The translations under genes were made by a program, and so were the position numbers. 64,000 nt of DNA from Zygnema circumcarinatum SAG 698-1b (taxonomy: Eukaryota > Plantae > Zygnematophyceae), in assembly GCA_037447605.1 (NCBI GenBank), contig CM074804.1:4813909-4877908 (forward strand), given 5' to 3'. A model generated the notes under the pieces. It worked only from the letters and a program-made list of their open reading frames with translations, was not told the origin of the DNA and ran no database searches. How positions within the stretch are numbered: position 1 is the stretch's first letter; each line of letters starts with the position of its first letter. Shown here piece after piece: positions 14,064-34,177 of this stretch.

Positions 14064-14086
14064 GCCCTGGAACGTCCTCTCACTTA

Positions 14087-15747
14087 TTATCGGCTGCTCC
14101 TTTTATTCCGCCTCTCAGACTCCTCTCTCTTAGAGGCTCTCTGTTCCTCCTCACTCAATTCCCCATCTTCCACCTCCCTCCGTGCCTTCTCTCTTCCACT
14201 CTTATCCTCTCCTCTCCTGCTTTGCTTCGAGGACCTTCTCTCTTTCTCCTCCTTCTCGTCCTGTCGCTTCTTCTTATCCGACTTCCTGTCATCATCCTCA
14301 TCATCTCTGCGCCGCTTCTCTCCTTCATCCCCTCGCTTTCTCCTCCTCCCCTCATCGTCGCGCTCCCTCTCTCTGTCCCTCTCCCTCTCCCGATCCTTCT
14401 CCCGCTCTCGATCCTCCCTTTCCCTCTCCTTCTCCCGCTCCCTCTCCTTCTCCCTCTCTCTCTCCCTTCTCCTTGCTTCCTTCTCTGCCTCCAACTCCCT
14501 CCTCCTCTTCTCCTTCTCCGCTTCCTCCCGAACTGCGATGCGCTCCTTCCTCTGCTGCATCTGAAGCTCATGATCAAACGCTTCTCCCTCCTTCACTTCC
14601 TCGAGATCAAGCGCAGCTTTCATCTTCTCCAATTTCCTCTCTTTGCGAGCAGCAATTTGATGCGTTTGCATTTCCATTGCCCTGAAATCAAACAGTTTTC
14701 ATGCAAGTGGAGGAAAAAAATTAGCATTTTGAAGTCTCCAACATAAAAGACCTAAGTGAACGCATGCCTGCTGTCTGCCAAAGGGCCATGACAGTAAGCT
14801 CGCCATAAAATACCTAATTAGTGCCGCTTTCCGAATTAAGAAGACAAGCGAGATAGACTGCAAACCGTAGTACGAGTGACAGGCAGAAATAAAATAAGCC
14901 ACAAAAAAAACAAAGGCGCCGGCCTGTAAGAATCTCTCTCCGTTAACTCCCTTGTCTCTCTTTCGCTCTCTCTCGCCCCTCTTGTCAACCCCTCACTTTG
15001 TCTGAATGCCAGAGCATATTCTACAGGCCACCCTCTTCCACGCCTAATTCCCCAGTCATCCTCCCGAGGAAAACCTAACGACCGGCAATCTCTTTCTCTC
15101 CTCGTCCCCCTCCCCCTTCCCTCTCCTCCCCTGCCCTCCTCCAACTTTCCCCACTCCTCCGCTCCCCTTCTCTCTCAGCCTGCAACCCGTCCTCCTCCCT
15201 CCCCTCTCACTCCCCTCCTCACCCCTTCCCCACTCCTCTTCTCCCATCCTCCCTCTCCCTGCAACCCATCCCCTCCTTCCCTCGTCCACTCCCCTCCTCC
15301 CGCCTTCCCCACGCCTCCCCTCCTCTCCTCCCTCTCCTTGCAACCCACCCCCTCCCACTCTCCCCCACTCCCCACCTCCCCACTTCGCCTCTCTCATCTC
15401 CCTCCTCCCTCCACTCACCTTCCCACCTCCCCATCCCCCGCGCGCTCCCCCGCCTCCTCCAGCTGCCTCCGCACTTTGGCGAGCTCGTCCTGTATCTCCG
15501 CCTGCTCGTAGCCCCTCTCCAAGAGCTCATCTTCGAGCTCCGCGAGCTTCACCTCGATCTGCCGCTTCCGGTCGTGCTCCAAAATGTCGCGGTTGGCCTT
15601 CCGGGTCACCCCCCCCGCGCCCTGCCCCTCGCCAAACTCCTTCAGCTCCACGCGTGCAGGGCGCGCTCTCACATTGAACTTGTTCGCCTGCACATAGCCG
15701 TTGGTGCCGGAGCCGCGCGCAGTTTGGAGACCGATTCCGTTGTACAT
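14087..15747 (-). CDS. CWC21: Pre-mRNA splicing factor CWC21/cwf21 (SRRM2 N-terminus-like) with an Arg/Glu/Asp mixed-charge C-terminus
   Basis: MYNGIGLQTARGSGTNGYVQ and ILEHDRKRQIEVK cwf21 motifs. Exon 1 15747-15419 (AG|GTGAGT, phase 2) joins exon 2 14681-14087 (TTTCAG|G, phase 2), giving ...QTHQIAARKERKLEKMKAAL and RE/RD repeats. Confidence 0.93.
15080..15440 (-). repeat. Low-complexity G/A-rich tract (C/T-rich on +) in the CWC21 intron
   Basis: About 350 bp of CCCCTC/CCTCC-type degenerate repeats. Confidence 0.8.
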
Positions 15748-15939
15748 GACGCCAGCGAGAGTGAGAGGGCGAGAAGAGAGGGGGAGGGGAGCTTTGGGGG
15801 AAGAGAGGGAGGGAGTGGGGGAGGGAGAGGGGGAGGGAGAGGAGGGAGGAGGTGGAGATGGAGGTGTGGAGGGTTCAACGGAGGGTTCAGACGCGCTCTC
15901 CAGGCGCGATCTACGCTCTTCCCTCCCCTTCCCCTCCGA

Positions 15940-15948
15940 TTAGGGTTT
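15940..15948 (-). promoter_or_regulatory. Telo-box upstream of CWC21
   Basis: TTAGGGTTT, i.e. AAACCCTAA on the minus strand, about 190 bp upstream of the ATG. Confidence 0.55.
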
Positions 15949-16098
15949 GGGGGGCCCTCGCCAGAAAACAGCGCGGCACGCAGCTCTTAAGTGGCGCCAC
16001 GTGTCCGTACGGTCCGCGCGCATGGCCGTACGCCCACGTGCCTGCTTCGTACGAATGGTCAAGTACGGAATTCGTAATAGTGTACAGTATTTTAGTTC

Positions 16099-16961
16099 AG
16101 AGAATGATACAGTCTCCCCCTTTTTCGATATCCTCGCCCCCTTTCCGGGAAAATTCGTTCTTTCATTTTGGCTAACTTCTCCCCCTGCTTCAGATATTTC
16201 GGGAGGAGATATCCTCGCCCCACTCCGCCCCGCCCTCTCCTCCCTCTCGGGCCATTTTGAGTATGTTGACGGTAACAAATGTTCCAATTGCAAGCAAGCA
16301 AGCCACAACTTAAGAACTTGCACTAATTAAAGAAAAGAAATGCTTTTCCCTAGTCATAGAGTGCTCTATGGCTTAATATCAAGTCCGAAGGATGGGCTGC
16401 CGGGTTCAAAGTGATTTGGGCAATTTCTCCTATGTTTAAAATATGCGCTCTCTTGCAAGCTTCTCCCTCTTCGCTCCCTCCTCCCTCCCTCCCTCCCTCC
16501 TTCCTCTCCCCTCCTTCCCCCCTCTCCCCTCCCCCTCCCATCCCTCCTTTTGAGGAATGTTCTGGCAAGCTAGCTCAGCGTTGTAGTTTTGTACTCTGTA
16601 CTGTAGGCTCCAAATGCGCAAACGCTTAGTCGAGTTTTTCTTTATTTAAGAACTTTTTATTCTGTGTTTACCCTTTGTTTCCATTGAAATGCATTATGTT
16701 CGATTGTGGATGTGAAGCTCTATGATGATGTAATGGCTGGCTTGCTTTGCTTTGCTTTGCTTCTCTCTTTCTTTCTCTCTCTTTCTCTGCTATGCTTTGT
16801 CCTCTCTCTGCGAATGTGTTTGCGGACATTGCGTTGATGTACGAGAGGAGAAACAAAAAAAGGGGGGGGCGAGGGAGAAATTAGTCAAAATGAAAGTACG
16901 AATTTTCCGAAAAAGGGGGCGAGGAGGATATCCAAAAAGGGGGGAGACTACATCATTCTCC
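16099..16961. mobile_element. Non-autonomous long-TIR (Mutator-like/foldback) element A
   Basis: About 85-bp imperfect TIRs beginning (A/G)GAGAATGAT.. at 16099 and ending ..ATCATTCTCC at 16961. Flanks TTTAGTTC (16091-16098) and TTTAGTAC (16962-16969) match at 7 of 8 bases, consistent with a TSD. The interior holds microsatellites and no recognisable ORF. Confidence 0.75.
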
Positions 16962-17881
16962 TTTAGTACTCGGCATTTTTAAGAACAATAAAATCGGGGT
17001 AACTCTACTGCACCCCCGCGTTTTGTCTTTCGCACCCCCGTTTTGAAAATTTTGCCTGCCCGTTTTGGGTACCCCCCAGTTTTGAATATTTCGGGAAAAA
17101 ATCTTTTTCCCGCCCCTTTCGTCCCCTCCGCTGCCCCCTGTTGCGAAACGCGATAAAACTAAATGTATGATCGTTCGTTTATGTCCCCGGTTGCCTTTTA
17201 ACGGTAAAGTTTATGGGTGGGTACCGGGAGGTGTCGAGTTCGGTTGTTTGTATTCCCCCTCCCTTCATTATTTTTGGGACATTCCATCCCCTCGTTTTCT
17301 CCTTTTCACTATTGACTTCCAACAATGTGCGACAAAAGAAAAGAGGATTTGCATTGGTCTCAAGATGGTGAGGCCATCAAATAAACATGGACAAAGTCAA
17401 CATGGGAACCACAAGAAATTGGTCGCAAATGAAACAAGCACAAAATAAAAAAACTAGGAACAAAAAACTAAACTAAACTAAGCTTGAGTACAAAAACGCA
17501 ACCTTAAACACAACTGCAAAGGTCACCAATGTTGGGCAACTGTTGCTCTCTGTTTTCAGGTTACCCCTAATTAAGGCAAGATCTTAAATTGTGGCCTGCT
17601 TGTTTGCAATTGGAACATTTTTTCCCTTCAACGTACTCGAAATAGCTCTTGTCCCGGCTGATTGCCAAACTGCGCGCGCCAGAAGGTCGGCCTCGTTCCT
17701 TCATAACCGGGGGAGGGTTTTGCAACCGCAATGGTTCGAGGGGGGGCAGCGGAGGGGACGAAAGGGGCGGGAAAAAGATTTTTTCCCGAAATATTCAAAA
17801 CTGGGGGGTAACCAAAACGGGCAGGCAAAATTTTCAAAACGGGGGTGCGAAAGACAAAACGCGGGGGTGCAGTAGAGTTAC

Positions 17882-17891
17882 NNNNNNNNNN
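17882..17891. other. Assembly gap (10 N) with duplicated flanks
   Basis: 17812-17881 and 17892-17961 are the same 70 bp on either side of the Ns. Confidence 0.95.
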
Positions 17892-17960
17892 CCAAAACGG
17901 GCAGGCAAAATTTTCAAAACGGGGGTGCGAAAGACAAAACGCGGGGGTGCAGTAGAGTTA

Positions 17961-18491
17961 CAGTGGGGGGTCCTCGTATTTACCACCCCAAGGAGTGCGT
18001 CCTCAATATTTTCGCCCCAATTTTGCCGAAACCACTTTTTTGTACGGTAACTTGTGTTAGCCGCACTGTCCGTACTGTTCGTGTTGTCCGTACTGTCCGT
18101 ACTATCTGTACTAGCCGTTACGGGCTTTCGCAAAACTCACCCAATCTCCCCGCTCGTGCCGCCGTAAGAGGCGCTCGCTCTTCTCCCCGTCTTCTTGACT
18201 TCGATACGATATGACACGATACGATATGACACGATACGATACGGTCAATACGATACGAAACTCCCCGATGGTTGGATGACGACAGTATGTACGACAATAT
18301 ATGCGTCATGATATGTCACGATACGATACGATGCTAAATGATACAGTACGATATGGTACGGTGCGATACGTACATGAACTCTAACATAATACCGCCCGTC
18401 TATTCGTAACACGAACCTTATATATGCGAATTTAATATTTTCGCCTCATTTTGCCCGGAACCAGGGTGGAAAATATGAGGACCCCCTACTG
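17961..18491. mobile_element. Tc1/pogo-like MITE (CAGT TIR, TA TSD)
   Basis: TA|CAGTGGGGGGTCCTCGTATTTACCACCCC at the left end and CAGGGTGGAAAATATGAGGACCCCCTACTG|TA at the right end (about 28-bp TIR). TA duplicated at 17959-60 and 18492-93. A roughly 20-bp CCTC(A)ATATTTTCGCC-like motif recurs near both ends. The interior has GATAC repeats. Confidence 0.88.
18200..18375. repeat. Degenerate (CGATA)n pentamer repeat
   Basis: GATACGATATGACACGATACGAT.. runs inside the MITE. Confidence 0.8.
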
Positions 18492-18769
18492 TACCCTAAA
18501 ATCGAGCCAAAAGGTACAAAATGATGTACGGTGTGTACGGACGACAAGACACGTGGCGTGGGGTCGCCTGCCATTGGCCAAAGTCGAACCGCACTGCGAT
18601 TGGACGTCACGAGACGTGACGTGATGTGACGTCATGCGGTGACGCCATCGGGATCTGCTCCGTCTTCTGACAAGGAATCTTGACCTTTCCTTCCTTCCCT
18701 TATGTCTTCTTTTTTTTGGTTTGTTGAGAAGAATTTCCAATCCCCGAGTAGTGCATAACACGGACGGGA

Positions 18770-18840
18770 AAATGGCATGGAACTCACGATGGCCAGGCCA
18801 TCAAATGTACATAGACAAAAGCAGCATGGGCATAACTTGC
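18770..18840 (+). repeat. Dispersed repeat module copy
   Basis: AAATGGCATGGAACTCACGATGGCCAGGCCATCAAATGTACATAGACAAAAGCAGCATGGG matches copies at 17351, 34333 and 55820. Confidence 0.8.
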
Positions 18841-19948
18841 TCCATGCGTAGAAAGATTGAGCCCCATCCGAATCAAAGGCGGAACCAAAAGAATTGGAGG
18901 ATTTTGTCCAGGGTTCTTAGGGTGGCAACCAATTTCTTTCAGGCAGAGACAGACACCACCGGCTGCATTGTTGCGTTGGACTGACACTGTGGCCGTGTGC
19001 AATCTTTGTATTCGGTGAATGGCTTTGAAACCAGCGACCTCCCCGGCACTTAATTTCTGGGCTTATTCTCGTTCTTGCGTCTACTGTTCACATCGACTAT
19101 CGTCTGGGCCTATCTATTTGGCTGAATCTTCGAAGACTATCTTTCTTTCTTATTTTTCCCCAGAAACTTTACTTTCCCGCTGACGCTCTCTCTTCTTTTA
19201 TATCCTTCAGCTCTTTCTCTTCTCCGAAAGGGATACCTTTTTCTAAATTTTGTCAGGTTTCTCGGACAAGAAAAAGGTAAGGATTTGGCATTTGGCATTT
19301 GGCATGAAGTGGCCCTTACATTTACTTTTTTGACATCTGCCGAATTCTGACATGGCCCTTACCAGGCGTGCCGCGTGCTGGCCGGGTCAGGTACACCAAG
19401 ATGAGCCCGAACCAGCCGGATTTCTGAGCTTGATATAAGGGTTAAACGGTAGACGGAACGAAGCCCCGTTTCAAAGGAGCTACATTTGTTCATATCCGAC
19501 AACAATACAGATCCGGGGGTTTTTCAAGTACTATAGGATTCATCTGAAAATGATTCAAATCTATTTAATAGTAGAGAGCAAGCTGTTTTATCTCCAATTA
19601 GGCTTCCAATAAAACGGATTCTCTCTATCGATAAACTTAATTGTTAAAATGATTCAAATCTGCAAAGCTATATCTTACAACTATCTTCACTCAAAGTCTC
19701 CTTGCCGCACTGCTAAGTTATGGTAGTTGCAACCGTACTTCGTTTCCAATTATGGCTGGTGAAGACCTCTTAATACGATCAGTCTTCAAGGTGACTCCAT
19801 AGTTGGACCATCATCCTGACATAAAATGCAAGAGCATTGACAAACAGGGAAGCGATTCAAAGGCAGCCGTGGCGGTTCCATGCCGGCAATTTCTCCTTGG
19901 GGGATATGGCCACCCTTTCATGTTTCAATGAGTTGGAGCAACTCCAAC

Positions 19949-23985
<4,037 letters not shown>

Positions 23986-24727
23986 GCTGCAGACGCCTCT
24001 TTATCCTTCGCCTGTTAAAATGGTAGCCCTTCTGTACTGCTTCTCCTGTCCTCCCGCCTCCCAGTCCTCACCCTTTCTTCTCCGCTTCCTGCAGCCTGAA
24101 GACCGCTTCCTGCTGACACAGCCTTGCACCTGCAGCCTGAAGAAAGCAGAACGCAGTAACCGAGTCGCAAGGAGTTGACTGACTTCCGCTGACTCTCTTT
24201 CGAGGCGGCGGGCGGCGACTGCAGCGCATTGAGGCGCTCGGGGTTGTCAGACTTAAGAAACGTCAGTATGTCTGCGCGTAAAATTTACGCAGAACGAGTA
24301 CTCCGGTCATATTGCGATCCGGGTGCAGCGGAGTACTTCCGTAACTTTATTTTTCGGAATGCTTTTCGTAAGATTTCGCTTTGTCGGACATGCTCTACTG
24401 GAGGGGGGCCGCCCCGGCGCGCTGTTGCGTGGTTACAAGTGTACCGTACGCGGGTCATTTCGAGGGGGGTTTGCCCAGGCCGACCTGGCGGCGACCAACA
24501 AACCACAAACCACAAACCGCAAACCGCAAACTGCAGAGCGTGCCGCGTCAACTGGTTTGCACACGCAGTGGTGACTTTCAAATCCATTGGCCAACGTGGC
24601 ATCGTGTCATTGGCTGCACCGATAGTGTACGGTATCGCCTGGCTTCGGCGCGGGCCGCAGACGAACGTGCGGGCGGGCGGGCGGACGGACGGACGGACGG
24701 ACAGTTGGTTGGCTGGTTGGTTCCGAG

Positions 24728-25101
24728 TAGGGATGGATTAGTTACGATTATATATTATATATTATATTATACAACTGTGACGAATAGATAACGGCTGATA
24801 TATATTAATTTACAACGCCTTTACAACATGTACGGTCGTACGGTCGTACGACTGTACGGTATTATGCGGCCCGAGCACGAGCAGACAGAAAAAACCAGAC
24901 GAACGCATTTCGCAACGCCAACGCCAAAACGACCTAATTTTGGTATGGTACGACCGTAGTACGGTCGTACGGTCGTTAATTGTTCAAAACGAGTGGGTAT
25001 AATATATGTAATAAACTGTTTTAATTTGTAATATATTACTAATTTTAAACCCGTTGTAAATTATATAATATATTCGGAATTTATAACGCGGGCCATCCCT
25101 A
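24728..25101. mobile_element. Non-autonomous hAT (Ac/Ds-like) MITE, copy 2 (inverted relative to copy 1)
   Basis: TAGGGATGG at 24728 and CCATCCCTA ending at 25101. Perfect 8-bp TSD GTTCCGAG at 24720-24727 and 25102-25109. Reverse complement of 18-379. Confidence 0.93.
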
Positions 25102-25539
25102 GTTCCGAGCCGAAAACTGGCCGCCGCGCCGGACGGTTGTCGGTCGGCGCTGACGCGGGCGTGCGTCACACGCCTGACAAACAGGACAGGACAGGACTTT
25201 TTTTGTTGCCCTGTCCGAGACGTGACGGATGGTACGGCCGGCTCCAGTTCCGCTGCAGCAGGCTGGCTACGCTTGGAACGGGCGTTAGCAACATTATAGT
25301 GTACTAAAAATTGCACTTTTCCAATAACGATTTTTTGTTTGAAAAAGAGGAAAAAATGGGAGTGGGGCAATCTGCTACACTTGAGCAGCATATGAAGCTA
25401 TTCATTAGATATTCACAAGCTTTGATAATCAAGAACCGAAGAGACTGCAAGAGGCGCAAGGGAAGCTTTGCAAAACCCATTACAGTGCTTCGCAATTTAG
25501 AGAGTGCAGCCTTGAACGCGGAGTGCATGACTAAAGCCT

Positions 25540-25830
25540 AACAGCACGACTCCAGAAGTAGCCACGAAGGTCGCCAATGCGAGCAGGTCTTGCGAAGTGA
25601 GGGGCGGAAGTCCAGCAATATGGTCACCGACAACTCTGGCGCGTGAAAGGAGCGCGGAGGTGAGGCACCGTTAAGGCGACAAGTGCATTAATTATCGATT
25701 AAAGGTTGCGAGCGTAACTGGGGAAGGGCTTTCGAGGCCGCGAGCGACAGATGTGCGCACTGGCGAAGGAAGGCATCCACACGGTTTTTCAAAGCAAACC
25801 AAAATCGTGGTGTGCGTAAGCGCACTTGCA
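25540..25830 (+). repeat. Dispersed repeat module copy (downstream part)
   Basis: Aligns by eye with 34490-34790, including the shared GCGCACTGGCGAAGGAAGGCATCCA. Confidence 0.7.
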
Positions 25831-26159
25831 CGGATAGCGGCGTCACTAGAAGCAACGCCTTCAGAGAGGGGTCCGGCAAGAAAACTCTCTCGCTCCGGCC
25901 CAGGGGGTTGCCCGCTGCCCGCTGCAGCTGCGTCGCGCGCAACATGAGCCGAGCCCACAGCGCGCCCACGCGAGGTCAGGTCGGTCCCCTCCGGCCTCTC
26001 GCTCATTCAGTGTTCCAATGGAGTACCGTGCAGGTGCTGCAGTGCAACACACATGCGCTAGTTTCGCGGGCATGCCGCCGTGAATTCAACTGTGGCCCCA
26101 ACTGCCGCGGCCGTGGCCCCATGCATGCAGCTGGAACCTCTCTGGATCCACAATTGGGC

Positions 26160-26400
26160 CGCGATGCGATACTGCGGGCAGACGATACGATACTCTAAGA
26201 AATACGATACTGTAGTAGATACGCTACTCCAGACAATACGATACTCCAGGAAATACGATACTGCAAGCGATGTGATAATTAGACGATACGATACTACATG
26301 AAATACTTTTACTACAGGCGAGACGATACTCCAGTCAATACGATACTACAGGCGATGTGATAATTTGGACGATACGATATTATAGGCGATGCGATATACG
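26160..26400. repeat. Degenerate (CGATA)n repeat with higher-order units
   Basis: Many ACGATAC units. GCGATGTGATAATT..GACGATACGATA occurs twice (about 26268 and 26353). Same motif class as 18200-18375. Confidence 0.75.
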
Positions 26401-28518
26401 GTATGCGGCCGGAGCGCCACCCGGCCGTCCAAGCGCGCGGGCCGGGGCGGGGCGGGGCGCTGCGGCTCCACGTCGCCTCTCTCCGTCCCTGGGCTTCGGC
26501 TCCGCTCCGGCCAGGCCATGCGCCGGAGCTTGCACCGCCGCTCGTGAGGCGGAGGGAGACCAGGGCATAGGCCGGAGAGGGAGTCGGCCAGGGCTCGCGG
26601 GAGGGAGGCGATGGAGAGCCTGAGGGAGTGATGGAAGAGAGTGACGCGCTCAGCAGAAAGCTTGCAAGGGAGGAATTCATGGGCATGCGAGAAGGAGAGG
26701 AAGGGCTATCAATCAGCGGGGGATGGAAAAGGAGGAATAAGGATGGCTTCAAGATTTTGCGATCGCGTAATCGACCGACTTAGGCAGCGGGAAGGGGCTG
26801 AGAGAGTGTCTGCAGGGGGCAGGAATGTCTGCATCAGCCGGCCTGCTGGTCGGCACCATAATTTCCTCTCCCGCCCCCCTCCAAAACGAGACCAGAAGCT
26901 TCTTTAGATACTGTCGACAGAGTTCATCTGTTGTTCCTAGGCGTAAGCATAGCAGCGTTGTTTCTTTAGCTCGCGAACGCAGATCTTTTTCCATAGATTG
27001 TCCTTTCCCTCGCTCGTTTCCAGTATCACGCCGAGTGCAAGTGCTGTATTTGAAGAGATTTGTATTCAGACGCTTCAAGGTGACCCGCTCTTTCAGGTAT
27101 TAAAGTGCCTCTTTATTGCTGCCCTCAGCTTTTTTCTTGTTGCCGTATCTCATGAGAATTAGCCATTCGCTGATAGCGCTCTTGAAGTAGGAGCTAACGA
27201 GCTGTTATTGAAGATTAGACCACGTTAATTATAGCTGACTGTTTGAAGAAAAGCACGAAGGGAAATGCATTGTCCATTATGAAATATTTCCAAGGAGGAT
27301 GCGAGTCTGGCATAATCGGATGGGAAATTGGAATCGCCTACGTTCGTTCTTACAACTGCTAGCTTCTTCTGCTTCTTTTGAGATAGATATAGTCTATCAA
27401 CGCTGCCGTATGCGAATTCAACCGGGTAATCAGCGAAGTAACTTTGACCTTATACTTCTCACCGCTTGGAGATGCTCCAGTGTGGTTCAAAAGGTCTTGC
27501 CTGAGATACTTCATGTACTTGTAAAGTCGCTCAAAAAAGTGAAGCATGCACTTCTACAGCACTGCATCAATAGTAGCAAGCTTCTAGCCTCTAGCATCTA
27601 GCATCTGTAGCACTGCCTGCTCAGATGTGTCTTGAGAAATTTAACTCAATAAGTATTGAGTTTCTGACTTTGCTATTTTCCATTTGGCAACCTACGGCCA
27701 AAGTGTATGGTTATGTCCCGCCGCACATGCGCCTTTTTAGATGTACAACCGTTCTAGTTGTGGCTGTGCTGTTCACTATGCTCCTCAAATAATGCCTTCC
27801 AAAGGCTAATGCCTTGTGTGTGAATTGTGTGTGAATCGTTTTCCTTCAAGACTGCTGTATACAATGTAGGTCGCAATTACACTTAGTACTTTTTCGTGTT
27901 GCTCAACGACGAAGTTTAATTGGCTCCACTTTCACCTTTGTGTTTTGTGATTTGAAACAAGTCTTTAAAGATTGAAGCATGATCATCTCTAGATTTTACG
28001 GGATCTTTGAACTTGGCTTTTGTTTGTGTGAGGTAAGATGTCTTCTTGCGTCAGGTGTGAAGGGATTTCCTCCTGAGTTCATTCAGTGTTCTCCATGTCC
28101 TTGATACTGGCAGCCATTTGCAAGACAGACTTGAGCGGATTGGTCGGCCACTAGCAGAAGCAGGAGTACCAGCAGGTGAGGAAAGCTCATCAGAGGAAGA
28201 AAGCTCTGCCATCATTGGTGCAGGCCAGCTTACGTCATCTGAGGCTTCTTTCGTATTTTCTCGAGGTCCACTATTTGCGCCTGATAACTGGCACTTTGGT
28301 CGCCCCTTCAGTGGGTAAGAGTTCCTGAATCCCCTCTTCAAAACACTATAGCTAAATGTTAAGGATGCGGTAGCGCTGAGGTGATTCCAGATGCTGCTCG
28401 TTGTGCCAAGATTTTCAAATTGAAAAAATGGCATTGTCATTGGATAGGTACATGCCTTTGTATCTGCAGACGGAAGTTTGACGGACAAGGAGGCATTGAT
28501 CGGAAATTGACGAATCGA

Positions 28519-32748
<4,230 letters not shown>

Positions 32749-33544
32749 CAGCTCAGACGCTGTTTGAACGCTGCTGTATCATAGCTCCAATCTTTGTGCA
32801 TATTTCCACTTTGTGCAGAGTTGAGTTTTCACTGCTGCAAGCATTGAAAACTCTTGGAGGTTTGCTGCTTGCATTGTCACGTGACTAGATGCAGTGGCAA
32901 GTTGAAGCAGGGGCTGCCAGGAAAGGCTTCGAAGTTTGCTGAAGCCGGACACCATGTGGGAAAACTCCAACGTTCTTTGAATTGCGGTGAACTTTTGGTC
33001 CTTCCATGCCCACCATCTCCATGGTCGTCTCTGTTTGTGGAGTGAAAGAATGATGCCGCTGGTCGCATGTGATGATGCATCATTACTTTCTGAATATTGT
33101 CTTTCGTTTCTTTCTCTTCTGACTGGTGACGTGAGATACTCTCCGAATGAAGAGTGTGCTAAGTTGTACTGGAGGCCTGGAGCCCATCATCTTGTGAGAA
33201 GACAATGAAAAACGAATGTTCGGCATTGACCACTTCATGTTCAAGTCAAGGTGCTGTCTTTCGTCCGTACACTCGTGTAACCGTTTATAGCTCGTTGGCA
33301 CTGCAGAGTTCGTTTCTTCCTCTTATTACTCGTAAATACCAGCCAGTTAGCTGTCTAACGAGAAACTGCGGGAACGGAGTGGAGTATGCATTGGATTACC
33401 GTCTCCACGGAACATGGGACACGCCAAGAACACGCAACGCGCGCGCGTCCCAGCCTGCCTGCCTGCCTCTGCCCCTCCGCCCCCCCGCCTGCCCGCCCGC
33501 CCGCCCGCCCGCCCGCCCGCCCGGGAAGGAAGGTCGGCCGTCCC

Positions 33545-33670
33545 CTGCGAAGAGAAATGGCACTGATCTCACGCGTGGCGATGGCGGGGCCATCCCATGT
33601 ACTGTACCGCACATGGCCAAAACCACCGACAACACCACCAACACCAACATGGGGAACCAAAAGGAAATCC
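33545..33670 (+). repeat. Diverged dispersed repeat module copy within a GC-rich repeat patch
   Basis: AAATGGCACTGATCTCACG..GATGGCGGGGCCATCCCATGTAC..CACATGGCCAAAACC..CATGGGGAACCA, next to a (GCCC)n run. Confidence 0.6.
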
Positions 33671-34177
33671 CCGTCCCCTGCCCATCTCATTCCGTACGAC
33701 GCCGGTCCCGCTTCTCCTTCCCGCCCCGTTACGGTCCAGCCTGCACATACATGCCCATCCATGCGCATGCCGTGACACATGCTTCCCAGTTGTCGCGTGA
33801 CCGACGGAACTCGTCAGGCGGCCCGCGATCCGCGGAGCCGGGCAGAAGGAATGATGGATGACGAGGTCATTGACGTCATCATGTACGGTCAGAAGGCCGA
33901 CGTCCGTCCGTCCGCGCCGTCGCTGTCCGTCGTCACCCGTTGCTCAGCCGCATACGCCAAAACTACCCGCTCGGGGCACCAGCTGGCAAAGCGTACGGAA
34001 TGCCTTCTGTCGGCCTGCACATATTGGTGCAAAGTCTTCTAGTCGTCACGTGTCACCTCGCCACGTCAGCGCGATCTGTGGGCGGCCGCTGATTGGCCCC
34101 CGGGTTCCAGCCCGGGCCCGCAGACTGCGGAAGCGCCCTAAAATGAAATTTGAGATCTTCAAAATAATAATAATTAT

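Larger units (their letters stand above)
16997..18496. mobile_element. Non-autonomous long-TIR (Mutator-like) element B, host of a nested MITE
   Basis: About 140-bp TIRs: GGGTAACTCTACTGCACCCCCGCG.. at 16997 versus ..CGCGGGGGTGCAGTAGAGTTA[MITE]CCC ending at 18496. Perfect 8-bp TSD TAAAATCG at 16989-16996 and 18497-18504. The interior carries the shared repeat module (17340-17720). Confidence 0.88.

Noticed and set aside
14042-14746. Long Leu/Pro/Ser-rich ORFs on + opposite CWC21, and on - opposite the acidic ORF (58813-60522)
   Set aside because: Antisense shadows of purine-rich low-complexity coding sequence.
26600-28050. BZR1/BES1 DNA-binding domain upstream of BAM (BAM7/8-type fusion)
   Set aside because: No RERRRRAI or GWxVExDGTTY-like motif found in any frame inspected.
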